Shown here one piece after another: positions 10,274-21,113 of a stretch of 64,000 nt of DNA (the stretch's first letter is position 1; the number at the start of each line of letters is the position of its first letter). The stretch covers positions 192,001 to 256,000 of the forward strand of contig CAXXWQ010000002.1 in NCBI GenBank assembly GCA_963674945.2. The letters run 5' to 3'. The notes below the pieces were generated by a model. It ran no database searches. It saw nothing but the letters and a program-made list of their open reading frames with translations, and was not told where the DNA came from. Origin of the DNA: an uncultured Desulfosarcina sp. (GTDB lineage: Bacteria; Desulfobacterota; Desulfobacteria; Desulfobacterales; Desulfosarcinaceae). Both the position numbers and the translations under genes were made by a program.

Positions 10274-11842
10274 CTAGTGGGGTGCGCCGGCATGTAAGCG
10301 GTTTTTTTTAAATGGGATTCCCAGTTTTTTCATTTTCGTTCGTAACGTATTGGGATGCATCTCAAGCAGGGATGCGGCCCCGTTATTACCGCTGATTCGT
10401 CCGTTTGTATGTTTCAGCGCCAGAATTATATGCTTTTTCGCCATCTGATCAAAGGGTAGAACATCCGAAGAGCGCTGCCCGTTGTCGTGTTTCGTGTGAT
10501 CCCGCGGAGAAAGAAAATCATCCAGGGAGAGCAACCCGCTCTGGTATCGAATCAAAGCCCGCTCCACCACGTTTTCCAGTTCCCGAATATTGCCGGGCCA
10601 TCGGTAGTGGATCAACGGATCCAGGGTTCCCGGGGCCAGCTTTGGAATTTGCTTCAATTTTAGCTCTTTTGCCTTTTTTGCAATAAAATAATGGGCGAGT
10701 TCGGGGATATCGATTTTTCGCTGCCGCAGAGGGGGAATCATGATGGGAAGAACATTCAACCGATAATACAAATCCTCCCTGAATTCGTTTTTCTCCACCA
10801 TACTGGACAGATCCCTGTGAGTTGCGGCGATGACCCGAATGTCCACCGGGAGGGTTTGTGTCCCTCCCACCCGCTCGATCTCTTTGTTCTGAATCACTCT
10901 CAGCAGACGCACCTGGGCCTTCAACGATAATTCGCCGATCTCGTCCAGAAAGATGGTTCCCTCGTTGGCCCGTTCAAATCGTCCCCGCTTCCGCCCGGTG
11001 GCCCCGGTAAATGCACCTTTTTCATGTCCGAACAATTCGCTGTCGATCAGGCTTTCGGGAATGGCGCCGCAATTCACCTTGACCAAAGGCTTGTTCCGTC
11101 TCGGCGAAGAATAATGGATCGCATTGGCAATGACCTCTTTTCCCGTGCCGGTTTCACCCAACAACAGCACCGGGTTCTCCCTCGGGGCTGTTTGTGCGAC
11201 GATCTCCATCACATCCTTCAGCCCATAGTCTCTTCCGATCACTTCATTTGATGATTCCTGCAGTTCTAACCGAAGATTGCGGTTGTCTTCTGCCAGAATC
11301 TCTTGCAGCCTCATTATCTCCTGATATTGCAGGCAATTTGACATTACCATGGCAAAGGGTTCCTGCAAGGGTTCCAACAGGTCTGCATGGTTTTGAAAGT
11401 ATTGATCGATCCCGGCAGCAAACATGCTCAAGATCCCGATCCATTCACCATCGATCAGCAGCCGTAAATTCAGGCTCGATATTCCATTTTCGCCGAACAA
11501 ATCCGGTACGGATGACGCAAGGCCCTCCAGATTCGGCTTGTTTTGGTTGGTAAGCACAATATTGTTAATCAGCGTCGGTTCTTTCATGCTCCAGGATTTT
11601 GCAAACTCAATGGTTTTTTCCCGCAGAGGGCGGTGAACATTTTCGCTTACGGAATATTCTGCCGTGGTTTCGGCCATTTGCCTGAAGTATTTCATTTCTA
11701 TATCCAAAACGCCGATGGTGATTAGTCTCAGTGGTATGATATCGGCAAGATAGTCGAATAAACGGCGAAGAGCGATTGTAATGTCCAGGCTGCTGCAAAA
11801 CCGTTGGATCGCTTCAATATAAAACTTATCCTTAGAAGGCAT
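10274..11842 (-). CDS. sigma54-dependent Fis-family activator with N-terminal GAF-like domain (FhlA/HyfR-like)
   Basis: GETGTGKE, intact GAFTGA, FLDEIG, WPGNIREL and a C-terminal HTH. Confidence 0.92.
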   Translation of the reverse strand: MPSKDKFYIEAIQRFCSSLDITIALRRLFDYLADIIPLRLITIGVLDIEMKYFRQMAETTAEYSVSENVHRPLREKTIEFAKSWSMKEPTLINNIVLTNQNKPNLEGLASSVPDLFGENGISSLNLRLLIDGEWIGILSMFAAGIDQYFQNHADLLEPLQEPFAMVMSNCLQYQEIMRLQEILAEDNRNLRLELQESSNEVIGRDYGLKDVMEIVAQTAPRENPVLLLGETGTGKEVIANAIHYSSPRRNKPLVKVNCGAIPESLIDSELFGHEKGAFTGATGRKRGRFERANEGTIFLDEIGELSLKAQVRLLRVIQNKEIERVGGTQTLPVDIRVIAATHRDLSSMVEKNEFREDLYYRLNVLPIMIPPLRQRKIDIPELAHYFIAKKAKELKLKQIPKLAPGTLDPLIHYRWPGNIRELENVVERALIRYQSGLLSLDDFLSPRDHTKHDNGQRSSDVLPFDQMAKKHIILALKHTNGRISGNNGAASLLEMHPNTLRTKMKKLGIPFKKNRLHAGAPH

Positions 11843-11990
11843 CGTTCAAATTTGTGAGATTGCGTGATACGATTTTACCAAAATATCCAGAAAGTCTTTT
11901 TACGAGATACCGAAAATTTAGTCAAGATATTATATATATTTCTGAAATAATTGAAAATATTCTTTTGATGGGATTGTCTCTGAATCGAGA

Positions 11991-12905
11991 TCAGTCCGAT
12001 TTTTCTTCGGTTTTAGAGAACTCCCCGTTGATAAAGTCGATGAAGGTACGACACAGGGGAGAGATCGATCGATGGCGGTGGTAGGTAAGGTAAAAGGCGC
12101 GCTTGAGGTTCAGGTCCTTGATGGACAATGTCGCGAGGTGTCCGGCAGCCACATCGTCGAAAACAGCGATGGAGGAGAGGATCGAGACGCCCATTTTTCT
12201 TTTGATTCCCTGGCGGATCGCCTCGGTGCTGCCGATCCGTGCGACCACATTCAGGTCATTCACGTTCAGGCCGGCTTCGGAGAAGCTGGTTTGAATGGAT
12301 TTCAGGGTTCCCGAGCCATGCTCCCGGATGATGAATGGTTCGGTAAACAATTGTTTGGATGTGATCTGTTTTTTATTGGCCCATCGATGACCTGCGGGAA
12401 CCACCAGACACAACTCGTCTTCCACAAGATGGGTTTGGATGATGGCCGCATCGTTTGCGATGGCACCGACCACAGCCAACTCCAACTTTCCGTCCAGGAT
12501 TTCATCAACGGTTTTTTCGGTATCGGCAATGGAAAGGCTGATATTGACTTCCGGGAAGTGGCTGGTAAACGCACCGATGATTGCCGGTAGGATGAAGGCC
12601 CCCGGGATTGTACTTCCGCCCAAATCAAGACTTCCCTTGATCTTTCCCTTGAATTCCGCCATTGCGCTTTCGGTCTCATCCCGCAAGGCGATCAAGCGTT
12701 TGGCGTACTGGTATAACAGACGTCCGCCCTTGGTGGGTACCGCTTCCTTGGTCAGGCGATCGATCAGTCGACATCCGAAATGTTCTTCCAGGTCACGGAT
12801 GTGGCTGGAGACGGTGGGTTGGGAGAGGTGCACCGCACGTCCGGCCCGGGAAAAACTTTTCAGTTCGATCACTTTACAGAAAATTTGCAGTTGCCACAGA
12901 TCCAT
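11991..12905 (-). CDS. LysR-family regulator (CysL-like; resembles the selenium-metabolism-associated subgroup)
   Basis: N-terminal HTH SFSRAG..LSQPTVS, plus GGSTIPG and REHGSGT. Confidence 0.9.
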   Translation of the reverse strand: MDLWQLQIFCKVIELKSFSRAGRAVHLSQPTVSSHIRDLEEHFGCRLIDRLTKEAVPTKGGRLLYQYAKRLIALRDETESAMAEFKGKIKGSLDLGGSTIPGAFILPAIIGAFTSHFPEVNISLSIADTEKTVDEILDGKLELAVVGAIANDAAIIQTHLVEDELCLVVPAGHRWANKKQITSKQLFTEPFIIREHGSGTLKSIQTSFSEAGLNVNDLNVVARIGSTEAIRQGIKRKMGVSILSSIAVFDDVAAGHLATLSIKDLNLKRAFYLTYHRHRSISPLCRTFIDFINGEFSKTEEKSD

Positions 12906-12908
12906 GAA

Positions 12909-13391
12909 TCAACATCCGAATTTCTTTTTGATTCGACGGTTGACCCCAGGGGGGACCATGTCGGAAACATCGCCGCCAAAACGGGCCGCTTCCTTTATGA
13001 TCGATGAACTGGTGAAAATCCATCGCAGACCGGTCATAAGAAAAACCATCTCTACTTCACGGTTGAGTTTTCTGTTCATCAGCGCCAGCTGAAATTCGTA
13101 TTCGAAATCCGAAACGGCACGCATGCCCCGTAAGACGACCCTCGCATTTCGTTTCTGGGCGTAGTCCACCAAAAGACCGTCGAAGGTATCAAACTCGATG
13201 TTGCCCAGTCCCGACATGGCTTCTTTCAACATTTCCAGACGCTCTTCAATGGAAAACATCGCCTTTTTCCCGGGGTTCTGTAAGATGGCGACAACGATTC
13301 GATCATATAGCGTAAGGCCTCGTTTTACGATATCGAGATGGCCGTTGGTCACTGGGTCGAAAGATCCTGGATAGATGGCAATTTGTCCCAT
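12909..13391 (-). CDS. coaD: Pantetheine-phosphate adenylyltransferase
   Basis: AIYPGSFDPVTNGH and RGMRAVSDFEYE. Confidence 0.97.
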   Translation of the reverse strand: MGQIAIYPGSFDPVTNGHLDIVKRGLTLYDRIVVAILQNPGKKAMFSIEERLEMLKEAMSGLGNIEFDTFDGLLVDYAQKRNARVVLRGMRAVSDFEYEFQLALMNRKLNREVEMVFLMTGLRWIFTSSSIIKEAARFGGDVSDMVPPGVNRRIKKKFGC

Positions 13392-13446
13392 AAACTCTCC
13401 CGATGATGGAATTGAACTGTAGGAGAGACCTCCTATCAGCAGCGGT

Positions 13447-14001
13447 CTATATCACGGAAACCATAAAGGAAACAAGGGTCTTCCCGAAATTCCGTTGGTC
13501 GACCAGGGACAATGCTCCGAAATCGACGTCAACGGGTTCCCGGACGCCATGCTCGATGACGATGTTTCCATGGGGAGACAGTGCACCGCACGATATCAGA
13601 TTTGCCAGGGCTGGCGACACCGAATCCTTTTCGTACGGAGGGTCCATAAACACCAGATCGAACTTTCGTTTCATGGATAAGAGGCAGTTGAGGTTTCTTT
13701 TGATGTTCCACCGAATGATACGGATACGATCTTCCACGTCCAGATGCCGAACATTGTGGCGGATGACGGAAAGGGCCGTATTGGATTGATCCACGAAGAC
13801 GGCAAACGCGGCGCCCCGACTGAGTGCTTCGATTCCCAGTGCGCCGGTGCCGGCGAACAGATCCAGCACCGTCGTGTTTCGGATGCGTTGTCCGAGGATA
13901 TTGAATATGGACTCTTTGATCCGGTCGGCCGTGGGGCGGATATCCATTCCGGCGGGCGCCGTGAGTCGCCGCCCCTTGAACCTGCCGCTGATGATTCTCA
14001 T
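13447..14001 (-). CDS. rsmD: 16S rRNA m2G966 methyltransferase
   Basis: MRIISGRFKGRRL, DLFAGTGALGIEALSRGA and DPPY. Confidence 0.95.
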   Translation of the reverse strand: MRIISGRFKGRRLTAPAGMDIRPTADRIKESIFNILGQRIRNTTVLDLFAGTGALGIEALSRGAAFAVFVDQSNTALSVIRHNVRHLDVEDRIRIIRWNIKRNLNCLLSMKRKFDLVFMDPPYEKDSVSPALANLISCGALSPHGNIVIEHGVREPVDVDFGALSLVDQRNFGKTLVSFMVSVI

Positions 14002-15341
14002 GATTCCGGAGACGCCATGAGAGACTGGATGTATTCCACGCTTACACCGATGGATTGGGCCGTTTTTTCCATGTCGTCGTTGTAAACAGACAACTTCCTT
14101 TGCACATATTCCTTTTCGAAAGCGTTTCTGGCTTTGTCCAGGTCCTCCATGGAGAAGAGTTCACTGCCCATCCGTTTCCGATTGGATAAATTGGACGGCA
14201 GGTCCCTTACGGTAATGGTTTCCCCATGGACCATGATCGCCAGTCGTTCGATGAGGTTTTTCAACTCCCGCACGTTTCCCGGCCAGGAGTATTTGGTTAG
14301 CACGTCCATGGCATCGGGAGCGATGGTTTTGCACTTTTCACGATTGCTGGCCGCGGCCTCTGCCAGGAAAATATCCGTTAATTCCGGAATATCTTCCAAG
14401 CGGTCCCGTAAGGGCGGAACGACAATGGGAACCACGTTGAGGCGGTAATACAAATCTTCCCTGAAGTTGCCGTTTTCGATTTCCGCTTCCAGATCCTTAT
14501 TGGTGGCCGCGATGACCCTGACGTCCGTGGTCAGGATGCGTCCCTGGCCCACCCGCTGGAATTTTTTTTCGTCCAGCACCCTCAGGATCTTGGCCTGGGT
14601 GGCCTTGTTCATGTCCCCGATTTCGTCCAGAAAAATGGTTCCGGTGTTGGCCAGTTCAAACTTGCCCCGTTTCTTCGAACTGGATCCGGTGACGGCGCCC
14701 TTTTCATGGCCGAACAGCTCACTTTCCATCAACGTTTCCGGAATGGCGGCACAGTTGACATCGATCATCGGGGATTCGGCGCGGGGACTCAATTGATGAA
14801 TGGTTCGGGCCACCAACTCCTTTCCCGTGCCATTCTCGCCTTTGATCAGCACCCAGGAATCGGTGGGGGCGACGTTGTCGATCTGTGCTTTGAGGGCCTG
14901 GATCGGTGCGCTGTTGCCACTGATGGAGTGTTTTTCGAGGGTTTTTTTTCGTAAGTATCGGTTTTCTTCCTCCAGACGTCGGAAGTTGAGGGCATTGTTG
15001 ATGGCGACGATCACCTTGTCAATATTAAGGGGTTTCTCGATGAGATCGTATGCCCCCAGCTTGGTCGCTTTGACGGCGGTCTCCACATTGCCGTGACCGG
15101 TGATGACGATGACCGGTAGTGCGGTGTTGACCTTTTTGATCTCCCGTAACGTCTCGATGCCGTCGATGCCGGGCATCCAGATATCCAGCATGACGAGATC
15201 CGGCGCCTCGGCATCGATGATCTTTAAAGCCTCATATCCGTTGTTTGTGGTGATAACCTCGAAACCTTCATCCGTGAGCAGACCGCTTAAGGACTGCAGA
15301 ATCGTGGGCTCATCGTCTACGATTAGAATGGTGGGGAACAT
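13998..15341 (-). CDS. ntrX: NtrX-like response regulator (REC-AAA-HTH) with degenerate GAFTGA
   Basis: Receiver domain (VDDE, LDIWMPG), GENGTGKE; GAVTGS in place of GAFTGA; directly downstream of an NtrY-like kinase. Confidence 0.85.
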   Translation of the reverse strand: MFPTILIVDDEPTILQSLSGLLTDEGFEVITTNNGYEALKIIDAEAPDLVMLDIWMPGIDGIETLREIKKVNTALPVIVITGHGNVETAVKATKLGAYDLIEKPLNIDKVIVAINNALNFRRLEEENRYLRKKTLEKHSISGNSAPIQALKAQIDNVAPTDSWVLIKGENGTGKELVARTIHQLSPRAESPMIDVNCAAIPETLMESELFGHEKGAVTGSSSKKRGKFELANTGTIFLDEIGDMNKATQAKILRVLDEKKFQRVGQGRILTTDVRVIAATNKDLEAEIENGNFREDLYYRLNVVPIVVPPLRDRLEDIPELTDIFLAEAAASNREKCKTIAPDAMDVLTKYSWPGNVRELKNLIERLAIMVHGETITVRDLPSNLSNRKRMGSELFSMEDLDKARNAFEKEYVQRKLSVYNDDMEKTAQSIGVSVEYIQSLMASPES

Positions 15342-15365
15342 GGCGTTTTCCTAATTTGTAAACCA

Positions 15366-17603
15366 TCAAACGGGCAGTTCGATGACGAATTTGGCGCCTT
15401 TCGGCAAGTTGTCCTGAACGCGTATCACACCATTGTGGTCGGTGACAATAGAGTTGACGATGGTCAGCCCCAATCCCATACCGGTCTTTTTTGTGGAAAA
15501 ATTGGGTTCGAACAGCCGGATCTTGTCCCTGTCGGTGATGCCGGTACCGTCGTCGGCAACTTCCAGACGAACGATTTTCAAGATAGGGTCATAGCTTGCA
15601 GACAGGGTAATACGGCCACGGTTGCGGACGGCGGACACGGCGTTATCCACCAGATTGATCATGGCCTGCTTCAATTGCTGGCGATCCAGGTTCATTTGAG
15701 GGATGTCTTCGCCGATGCGGACATCGAACGCGATATCCGGGTGTCCCTCCCGATACAGGGAAACCGTCTCTTCGATGATGGGGGGCAGTTGGCACGGTTT
15801 CGGATTGGCCGTGGGGAAACGGGCGAAGGTGGAAAATTCGTTGACCAGATTGCGGATCAGATCCACGTGGTCGATGATCATGCGGGTACACTCGTCGAAC
15901 ACCGGTTCGTTGATACGGTGGGAATAGCGACGTTTGAGACGCTGGGCGGAGAGGCTGATGGGGGTCAGCGGATTTTTCACTTCATGGGCAATCCGCCGGG
16001 CCACTTCCCGCCACGCGGCCATTCGCTGGGCCTTTTCCAGTTCCGTGAGATCGTCGAACACCATGACATTTCCCATGGGATGACCCAACTCGTCCTTTAA
16101 CGTGTTGACGTACATGAGAAAGGTCCGTGGTTGTCCGTTTACCGTGATGCGCAGGGGGATCTCCATGGTCTGTTCCCGGAGCGAGGCGATCCGTTCCATG
16201 ATGTCTTCGGTGAATTGCAGGTGTTCGGTAACCAGAAGATCACCGTAGTGTCTGTCCAGGACACTTTCGGCATCGATGTTGAGCATGAATTCGGCCGATT
16301 TGTTGAAGGTGGTGATGATGCCGTTGGCGTCTACGGTGATGACGCCGGCGGAGACGTTTTTCAACACGATCTCCATATACTGCCTTCTCTCCTCGATCTC
16401 CTGGTTCTGCTCGGTGAGTTTCCGTGCGGACAATTCCAGTTGCTGACGGTTGGAACGCAGGTCTTTCGTCATTTTGTTGAAGGCGTCCACGAGGGTGCCG
16501 ATCTCGCCATCGGCCGTTTTCCTGTCGATGTAGACGGTGAGATCTCCGCCGGCAACCCGCCGCGTACCCTCTGCCAGATCCATGATGGGGGTGGTGATGG
16601 TCTTGGCGAAGTAGAGGCCGAACCAAACGGCACAGAAAATGACCAGAAGGGCGACGATGGACAAGGTGATGTAATAGGTGATCTGAATGGGTCGTTTCAG
16701 CAGTTTGATCTGTTGGTACTCTTCGATCCCTCTGGAGATGGACTCCATATTGGAAGAGAGATCCGGTGGAATGAAAAGTCCCAGTGCCACATGGGCGACG
16801 GCCGTTTCCGGCGGGACGTCAAAGGGAACGGTTCCGATGGTCCGCTGTAGTTCGCCGTCGTTGATCGCCTGTGTGAGAGAACGAACCTTCTTTTCACCGG
16901 CATCCATGACAAAGGCGCTCGGTGGTGCCGCCGCAATGGCAACGCCATCCAAATCCCTGCTCAGAGCATAGGTGAGGCGGCCGTAATTGGCGGAGTAAAC
17001 CTCCACTGTATCCAGGTCGAACTCCCGCTGGACCACCTGAATGTAGTGGGTAAGATCCTTTCGCTTCTCCGGTTCAATCAAATTTTTTCGTTCCATCTGG
17101 TATGAAATTCGTTCCAGGAAAAACTGATGGCGGATCTCGTTTTGCTGATAGAACTCCTGGCCCACCAGAAGGGATTTGTCCAGGGCCTGTTCAACTGGCA
17201 CATTGAACCAGAATTCGATGCTATTGGTGATAAAGTTGATGGAAAAGAGGAACAAAATGGTTGTGGGAAGCAGCGAAAGGGCAATGAATGCCAGAACCAG
17301 CCGCGTCCGAAGTCGGGAACCTTCGATTTTCCGGCGACGCGTATACAAGAGTTTGACGAGGTTCCGAAACACAAGAAATATCAATAAGATCAACAGTAAA
17401 AGATTGATGTTGATCAAGATGAACATCAAGATGGTATTGGATACCGGTATGTCGCGGGGGAAGGTGATGATACGGTTTTCCGCAAGGGTGAGAGCGGCCA
17501 CCACGACGATGATGACAAGGCTGATGATGGCCTCTCGCTTACGGCGTCTCCGTTCTTCCCTGGACAGGGGCGGTTTGGCGGTCGGGGTACGTTTACCGAT
17601 CAT
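15366..17603 (-). CDS. ntrY: NtrY-like membrane histidine kinase (HAMP-PAS-HisKA-HATPase)
   Basis: AAWREVARRIAHEVKNPLTPI, FSTKKTGMGLGL and N-terminal TMs. Confidence 0.9.
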   Translation of the reverse strand: MIGKRTPTAKPPLSREERRRRKREAIISLVIIVVVAALTLAENRIITFPRDIPVSNTILMFILININLLLLILLIFLVFRNLVKLLYTRRRKIEGSRLRTRLVLAFIALSLLPTTILFLFSINFITNSIEFWFNVPVEQALDKSLLVGQEFYQQNEIRHQFFLERISYQMERKNLIEPEKRKDLTHYIQVVQREFDLDTVEVYSANYGRLTYALSRDLDGVAIAAAPPSAFVMDAGEKKVRSLTQAINDGELQRTIGTVPFDVPPETAVAHVALGLFIPPDLSSNMESISRGIEEYQQIKLLKRPIQITYYITLSIVALLVIFCAVWFGLYFAKTITTPIMDLAEGTRRVAGGDLTVYIDRKTADGEIGTLVDAFNKMTKDLRSNRQQLELSARKLTEQNQEIEERRQYMEIVLKNVSAGVITVDANGIITTFNKSAEFMLNIDAESVLDRHYGDLLVTEHLQFTEDIMERIASLREQTMEIPLRITVNGQPRTFLMYVNTLKDELGHPMGNVMVFDDLTELEKAQRMAAWREVARRIAHEVKNPLTPISLSAQRLKRRYSHRINEPVFDECTRMIIDHVDLIRNLVNEFSTFARFPTANPKPCQLPPIIEETVSLYREGHPDIAFDVRIGEDIPQMNLDRQQLKQAMINLVDNAVSAVRNRGRITLSASYDPILKIVRLEVADDGTGITDRDKIRLFEPNFSTKKTGMGLGLTIVNSIVTDHNGVIRVQDNLPKGAKFVIELPV

Positions 17604-17626
17604 TATACGAGTGATGCGAAGTGCGG

Positions 17627-18199
17627 TTAGTAGATAAAGTCGATGGTATACCAGTCCGTTTCAAAATCCCAAAAAGAGAGAAAGAAAAGGACGTAGTGCA
17701 GATAATAGGGCAATGTGATCCGACTCAGCTTCGCCTTTGCCTGGATCTGGTATTGTTTTCCCTTCGTCAGTTGACTCAACGGAGCCACTTTGAGACTATC
17801 GATTTCGGTCATCAACTTTTTTGCAGCCTCGAAGGACTGAACGATGACGGGGCTGTTGGCGTCCCAGGATCGGGAGACGGCAAACTCCTTTTTCAGTCCG
17901 TTGTACTTGATGGTGTGCGTAACGGTGAGATCCGCCACCTCCTTGTCAAACCACATGCTCCGCGCTCGATACAGGTTCACGAAGAAGGTGAATGACGCCG
18001 GTACTCCGTTGATAACGGCCTCCTCCATCTCTTTGGTAAAGGCACCTTCCACCGACAGGTATACCAGCAAATCGTCACGTGTGTTGGTGACAATGATGTT
18101 CGCGAGCTTGGCATTTTTCGCATTGGCCGTTTCCGCGAAGAAGAAGAGGAGGGTGGCCAACACGTAAAATACCACCGCCCTTTGACCGAATCGATTCAT
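17627..18199 (-). CDS. DUF4390 family exported protein
   Basis: Signal peptide, C-terminal WDFETDW, and the usual position upstream of an ntrY-like gene. Confidence 0.8.
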   Translation of the reverse strand: MNRFGQRAVVFYVLATLLFFFAETANAKNAKLANIIVTNTRDDLLVYLSVEGAFTKEMEEAVINGVPASFTFFVNLYRARSMWFDKEVADLTVTHTIKYNGLKKEFAVSRSWDANSPVIVQSFEAAKKLMTEIDSLKVAPLSQLTKGKQYQIQAKAKLSRITLPYYLHYVLFFLSFWDFETDWYTIDFIY

Positions 18200-18306
18200 G
18201 TACGTTCCGCCAGAAGGTTTAATTTCGGAAGAAAAGCTGGCTAACCATATCGAATTTAAAGAAAAATGACAAGTGGTTTTGTTTGCGGCGAAAAAGGCAC
18301 GTCATG

Positions 18307-19179
18307 TTAATCGGCATCGGTGCCCATGGTGCAGGTATTCCATGATCCTTTTTCCTCGAAAAATTTTTCCAGGAAGGCATGGTTGAATGCGTGGCCGGAT
18401 TTTTCTGCGGTCACGTGTCCCATGATGGGCATGCCGATAAGAGAGAAGTCGCCGATGCAATCCAGGATTTTGTGACGGACGAATTCATCCGGATATCGCA
18501 GTCCTCCATCATTGAGTACACGCTGTCCGTCGATTACGACGGCATTGTCCAGGGACCCGCCTCTGGCAAGGCCATACCGTTTCATCATCTCGACTTCATG
18601 GAGGAATCCGAAGGTCCTGGCACTGCAGATCTGCTCTTCGAATGTTTTTTTTTCGATTATGAAATCGCACGTCTGGGTCCCGATGAGCGGATGATCATAG
18701 CTGATGGTGTAGGTAATTCGAAATTCATTTGCCGGATGGATAGTGACCGACTTTCCATTCTCCACGAGGCTGATGGGCCGGTTAACCTTGAAAAAGCACT
18801 TCGCCCCCTCCTGGCGATGGGTTCCCGCCGATTTGATCAGCCGGGTAAAGGGGCCGGCGCTTCCGTCCATGATGGGCAGTTCATAGGCATCCACCTCCAC
18901 GATGGCGTTATCGATGGCCATGCCGCTGAGCCCGGCCATTAAGTGTTCGATGGTGGAGACGATACAGCCCTCGGAACCGATGACTGTCGCCAGACTTGTG
19001 TCCACTACGTTGTTGAAATGGGCGGTAACGCCGGGATGGCCGGGAAGGTCCGTCCGGACAAACCGAATCCCGTGGTTGACCGGCGCGGGTTTAATGGTGA
19101 GGTTGACGGCTTTTCCCGAATGTACCCCCACTCCTTTGCAATGGACTGTTTTCCTTATTGTTTGTTGGTGGTGTTCCAA
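18307..19179 (-). CDS. lpxC: UDP-3-O-acyl-GlcNAc deacetylase (start uncertain; ORF open to 19269)
   Basis: GVGVHSG, TIEHLMA, HKILDCIGD and KSGH. Confidence 0.95.
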   Translation of the reverse strand: MEHHQQTIRKTVHCKGVGVHSGKAVNLTIKPAPVNHGIRFVRTDLPGHPGVTAHFNNVVDTSLATVIGSEGCIVSTIEHLMAGLSGMAIDNAIVEVDAYELPIMDGSAGPFTRLIKSAGTHRQEGAKCFFKVNRPISLVENGKSVTIHPANEFRITYTISYDHPLIGTQTCDFIIEKKTFEEQICSARTFGFLHEVEMMKRYGLARGGSLDNAVVIDGQRVLNDGGLRYPDEFVRHKILDCIGDFSLIGMPIMGHVTAEKSGHAFNHAFLEKFFEEKGSWNTCTMGTDAD

Positions 19180-19305
19180 TGAGCACGGCTTCCTGAATAT
19201 GGAGGTTATGCCGACAAGATGTCGGTGAATTCGATTGAATTTCCATTTTATTGGCTGACTTTCGGGCAATTTTAATCACCTATGAGCTGTTTGACAACTA
19301 TTAAT

Positions 19306-19450
19306 TAGTGCCCATCCAGAAATGGCCAATTTGCCCGATATCGGCGTTGCGCGAAAAATTTTATCCTCGGAATATCAACCATATGCCTCCGGTAAAATTT
19401 TTCACGCGCCTTGATCTCGACCAAATTTGCCTATTTCTGGACAGACACTA
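19306..19450. repeat. MITE/REP-like element, family B
   Basis: Imperfect terminal repeats TAGTGCCCATCCAGAAATGGCCAATTTG and CAAATTTGCCTATTTCTGGACAGACACTA; a second, inverted copy lies at 31430-31613. Confidence 0.85.
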
Positions 19451-19571
19451 GTTATTTTCGATGAGGGGAAAGCATCCGGTGCAGGAAAAACATTGTTCTT
19501 CACCGGCAGAGTTGGTATAAGTAAATACTTCTCTTTTTGCATACGAAGTTATTTATTATCTTCAGGGGAGA

Positions 19572-21113
19572 ATGATCTTGCTCGCCAAGGTACTGAGCAG
19601 TGCCGTCGTTGGTATTGATGCCTATCTGGTTGAGGTGGAGGTGGATATCGCCCGGGGGCTGCCCACCTTCACCACGGTGGGACTGCCGGAAGCGGCCGTC
19701 AAGGAGAGTCGGGAACGGGTCAAGTCTGCCATCAGTAACTCCGGTTACACCTTCCCGGCGGATCGCATCACGGTGAATCTGGCGCCGGCCAATATCAAGA
19801 AGACGGGAACGGGCTTCGATCTGCCCATGGCACTGGGAATTCTTTGCGCAACGGGCATTATTCCCGATGCGGCCATCGCCGGCTATCTGTTTCTCGGGGA
19901 ACTGTCCCTGGACGGTCGCATCAAGCCGGTCAACGGCTCTTTGCCCATGGCCATCGAGGCGAAAAAGGCAGGATATCGGGGAATCGTGGTCCCTTCGGAG
20001 AACGGCAACGAGGCATCCGTGGTATCGGGGATTTCCGTCTATCCGGTAAACACTTTGGGACAGGTTGTGGATTTTTTACGGGGCCATGTTTCCATTCTTC
20101 CACGCACAGCCGATCTCGATGCATTGTTTGCCGCCAAGCACCGGTCCGGTATCGATTTTGCCGAAGTGTTGGGACAAGAGAATGCCAAACGCGCCCTGGA
20201 GATCGCCGCGGCCGGAAGTCATAACGTCCTGATGGTGGGACCGCCCGGGTCGGGCAAAACCATGCTGGCCAAACGGATGCCGACGATTCTGCCGCCCCTG
20301 TCCTTTGCAGAGGCCATCGAGACCACCAAGGTTTTCAGCGTCGTCGGTCTTTTGGATCCGGATCAGCCCCTCGTTACCCAAAGGCCCTTCCGATCCCCGC
20401 ACCACACCGTTTCCGACGCGGGGCTTATCGGCGGCGGCCACGTTCCCAGACCCGGGGAAGTAAGTCTGGCCCACAACGGCGTGCTCTTTTTGGACGAGCT
20501 GCCCGAGTACAAGAAGAACGTTCTGGAAGTCCTGCGCCAGCCCATGGAAGATCTGCGTGTGACCATCTCCCGGGCGGCTTCCACCTTGACCTATCCGGCC
20601 AGTTTCATGCTCATCGCCGCCATGAATCCCTGCCCGTGCGGCTATTTTGCCGATCCCCACCATCGATGCCGGTGCACGGCCCATCAGATCCGTCGGTATC
20701 GTTCGAAGATATCCGGGCCCTTGCTGGATCGAATCGACATCCATGTGGAAGTGCCTGCCGTTGCATACAAAGAACTGATGGGTACATTTCAGGCCGAATC
20801 ATCGGAATCGATCCGAGATCGCGTTGTGGCTGCGCGAAAACGGCAGATTCGCCGTTTTTCGCGGGCAAAAATTTACTGCAACGCACAGATGGCAAGCCGG
20901 CATATTCGTACCCACTGCCAGATCGGGGAAGACGGCAACCAGGTGCTGGCCGCCGCCACCCGGCGCCTGGGGCTGTCGGCCAGGGCCTATAACCGCGTCT
21001 TGAAGATTTCCCGAACCATCGCCGACCTGGAGGGCGCGGATGACATTTGTGTCCACCATGTCACCGAGGCCATCGGCTACCGAAGCCTGGATCGATCGAA
21101 ACATAATTTGTAA
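19572..21113 (+). CDS. comM: YifB/ComM Mg-chelatase-like AAA+ ATPase
   Basis: [39 protein letters not shown] and NPCPCG. Confidence 0.93.
   Translation: MILLAKVLSSAVVGIDAYLVEVEVDIARGLPTFTTVGLPEAAVKESRERVKSAISNSGYTFPADRITVNLAPANIKKTGTGFDLPMALGILCATGIIPDAAIAGYLFLGELSLDGRIKPVNGSLPMAIEAKKAGYRGIVVPSENGNEASVVSGISVYPVNTLGQVVDFLRGHVSILPRTADLDALFAAKHRSGIDFAEVLGQENAKRALEIAAAGSHNVLMVGPPGSGKTMLAKRMPTILPPLSFAEAIETTKVFSVVGLLDPDQPLVTQRPFRSPHHTVSDAGLIGGGHVPRPGEVSLAHNGVLFLDELPEYKKNVLEVLRQPMEDLRVTISRAASTLTYPASFMLIAAMNPCPCGYFADPHHRCRCTAHQIRRYRSKISGPLLDRIDIHVEVPAVAYKELMGTFQAESSESIRDRVVAARKRQIRRFSRAKIYCNAQMASRHIRTHCQIGEDGNQVLAAATRRLGLSARAYNRVLKISRTIADLEGADDICVHHVTEAIGYRSLDRSKHNL

Noticed and set aside
11893..11910. 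GTCTTTTTACGAGATAC as a family A terminal repeat remnant
   Set aside because: Too short and has no partner end or core.
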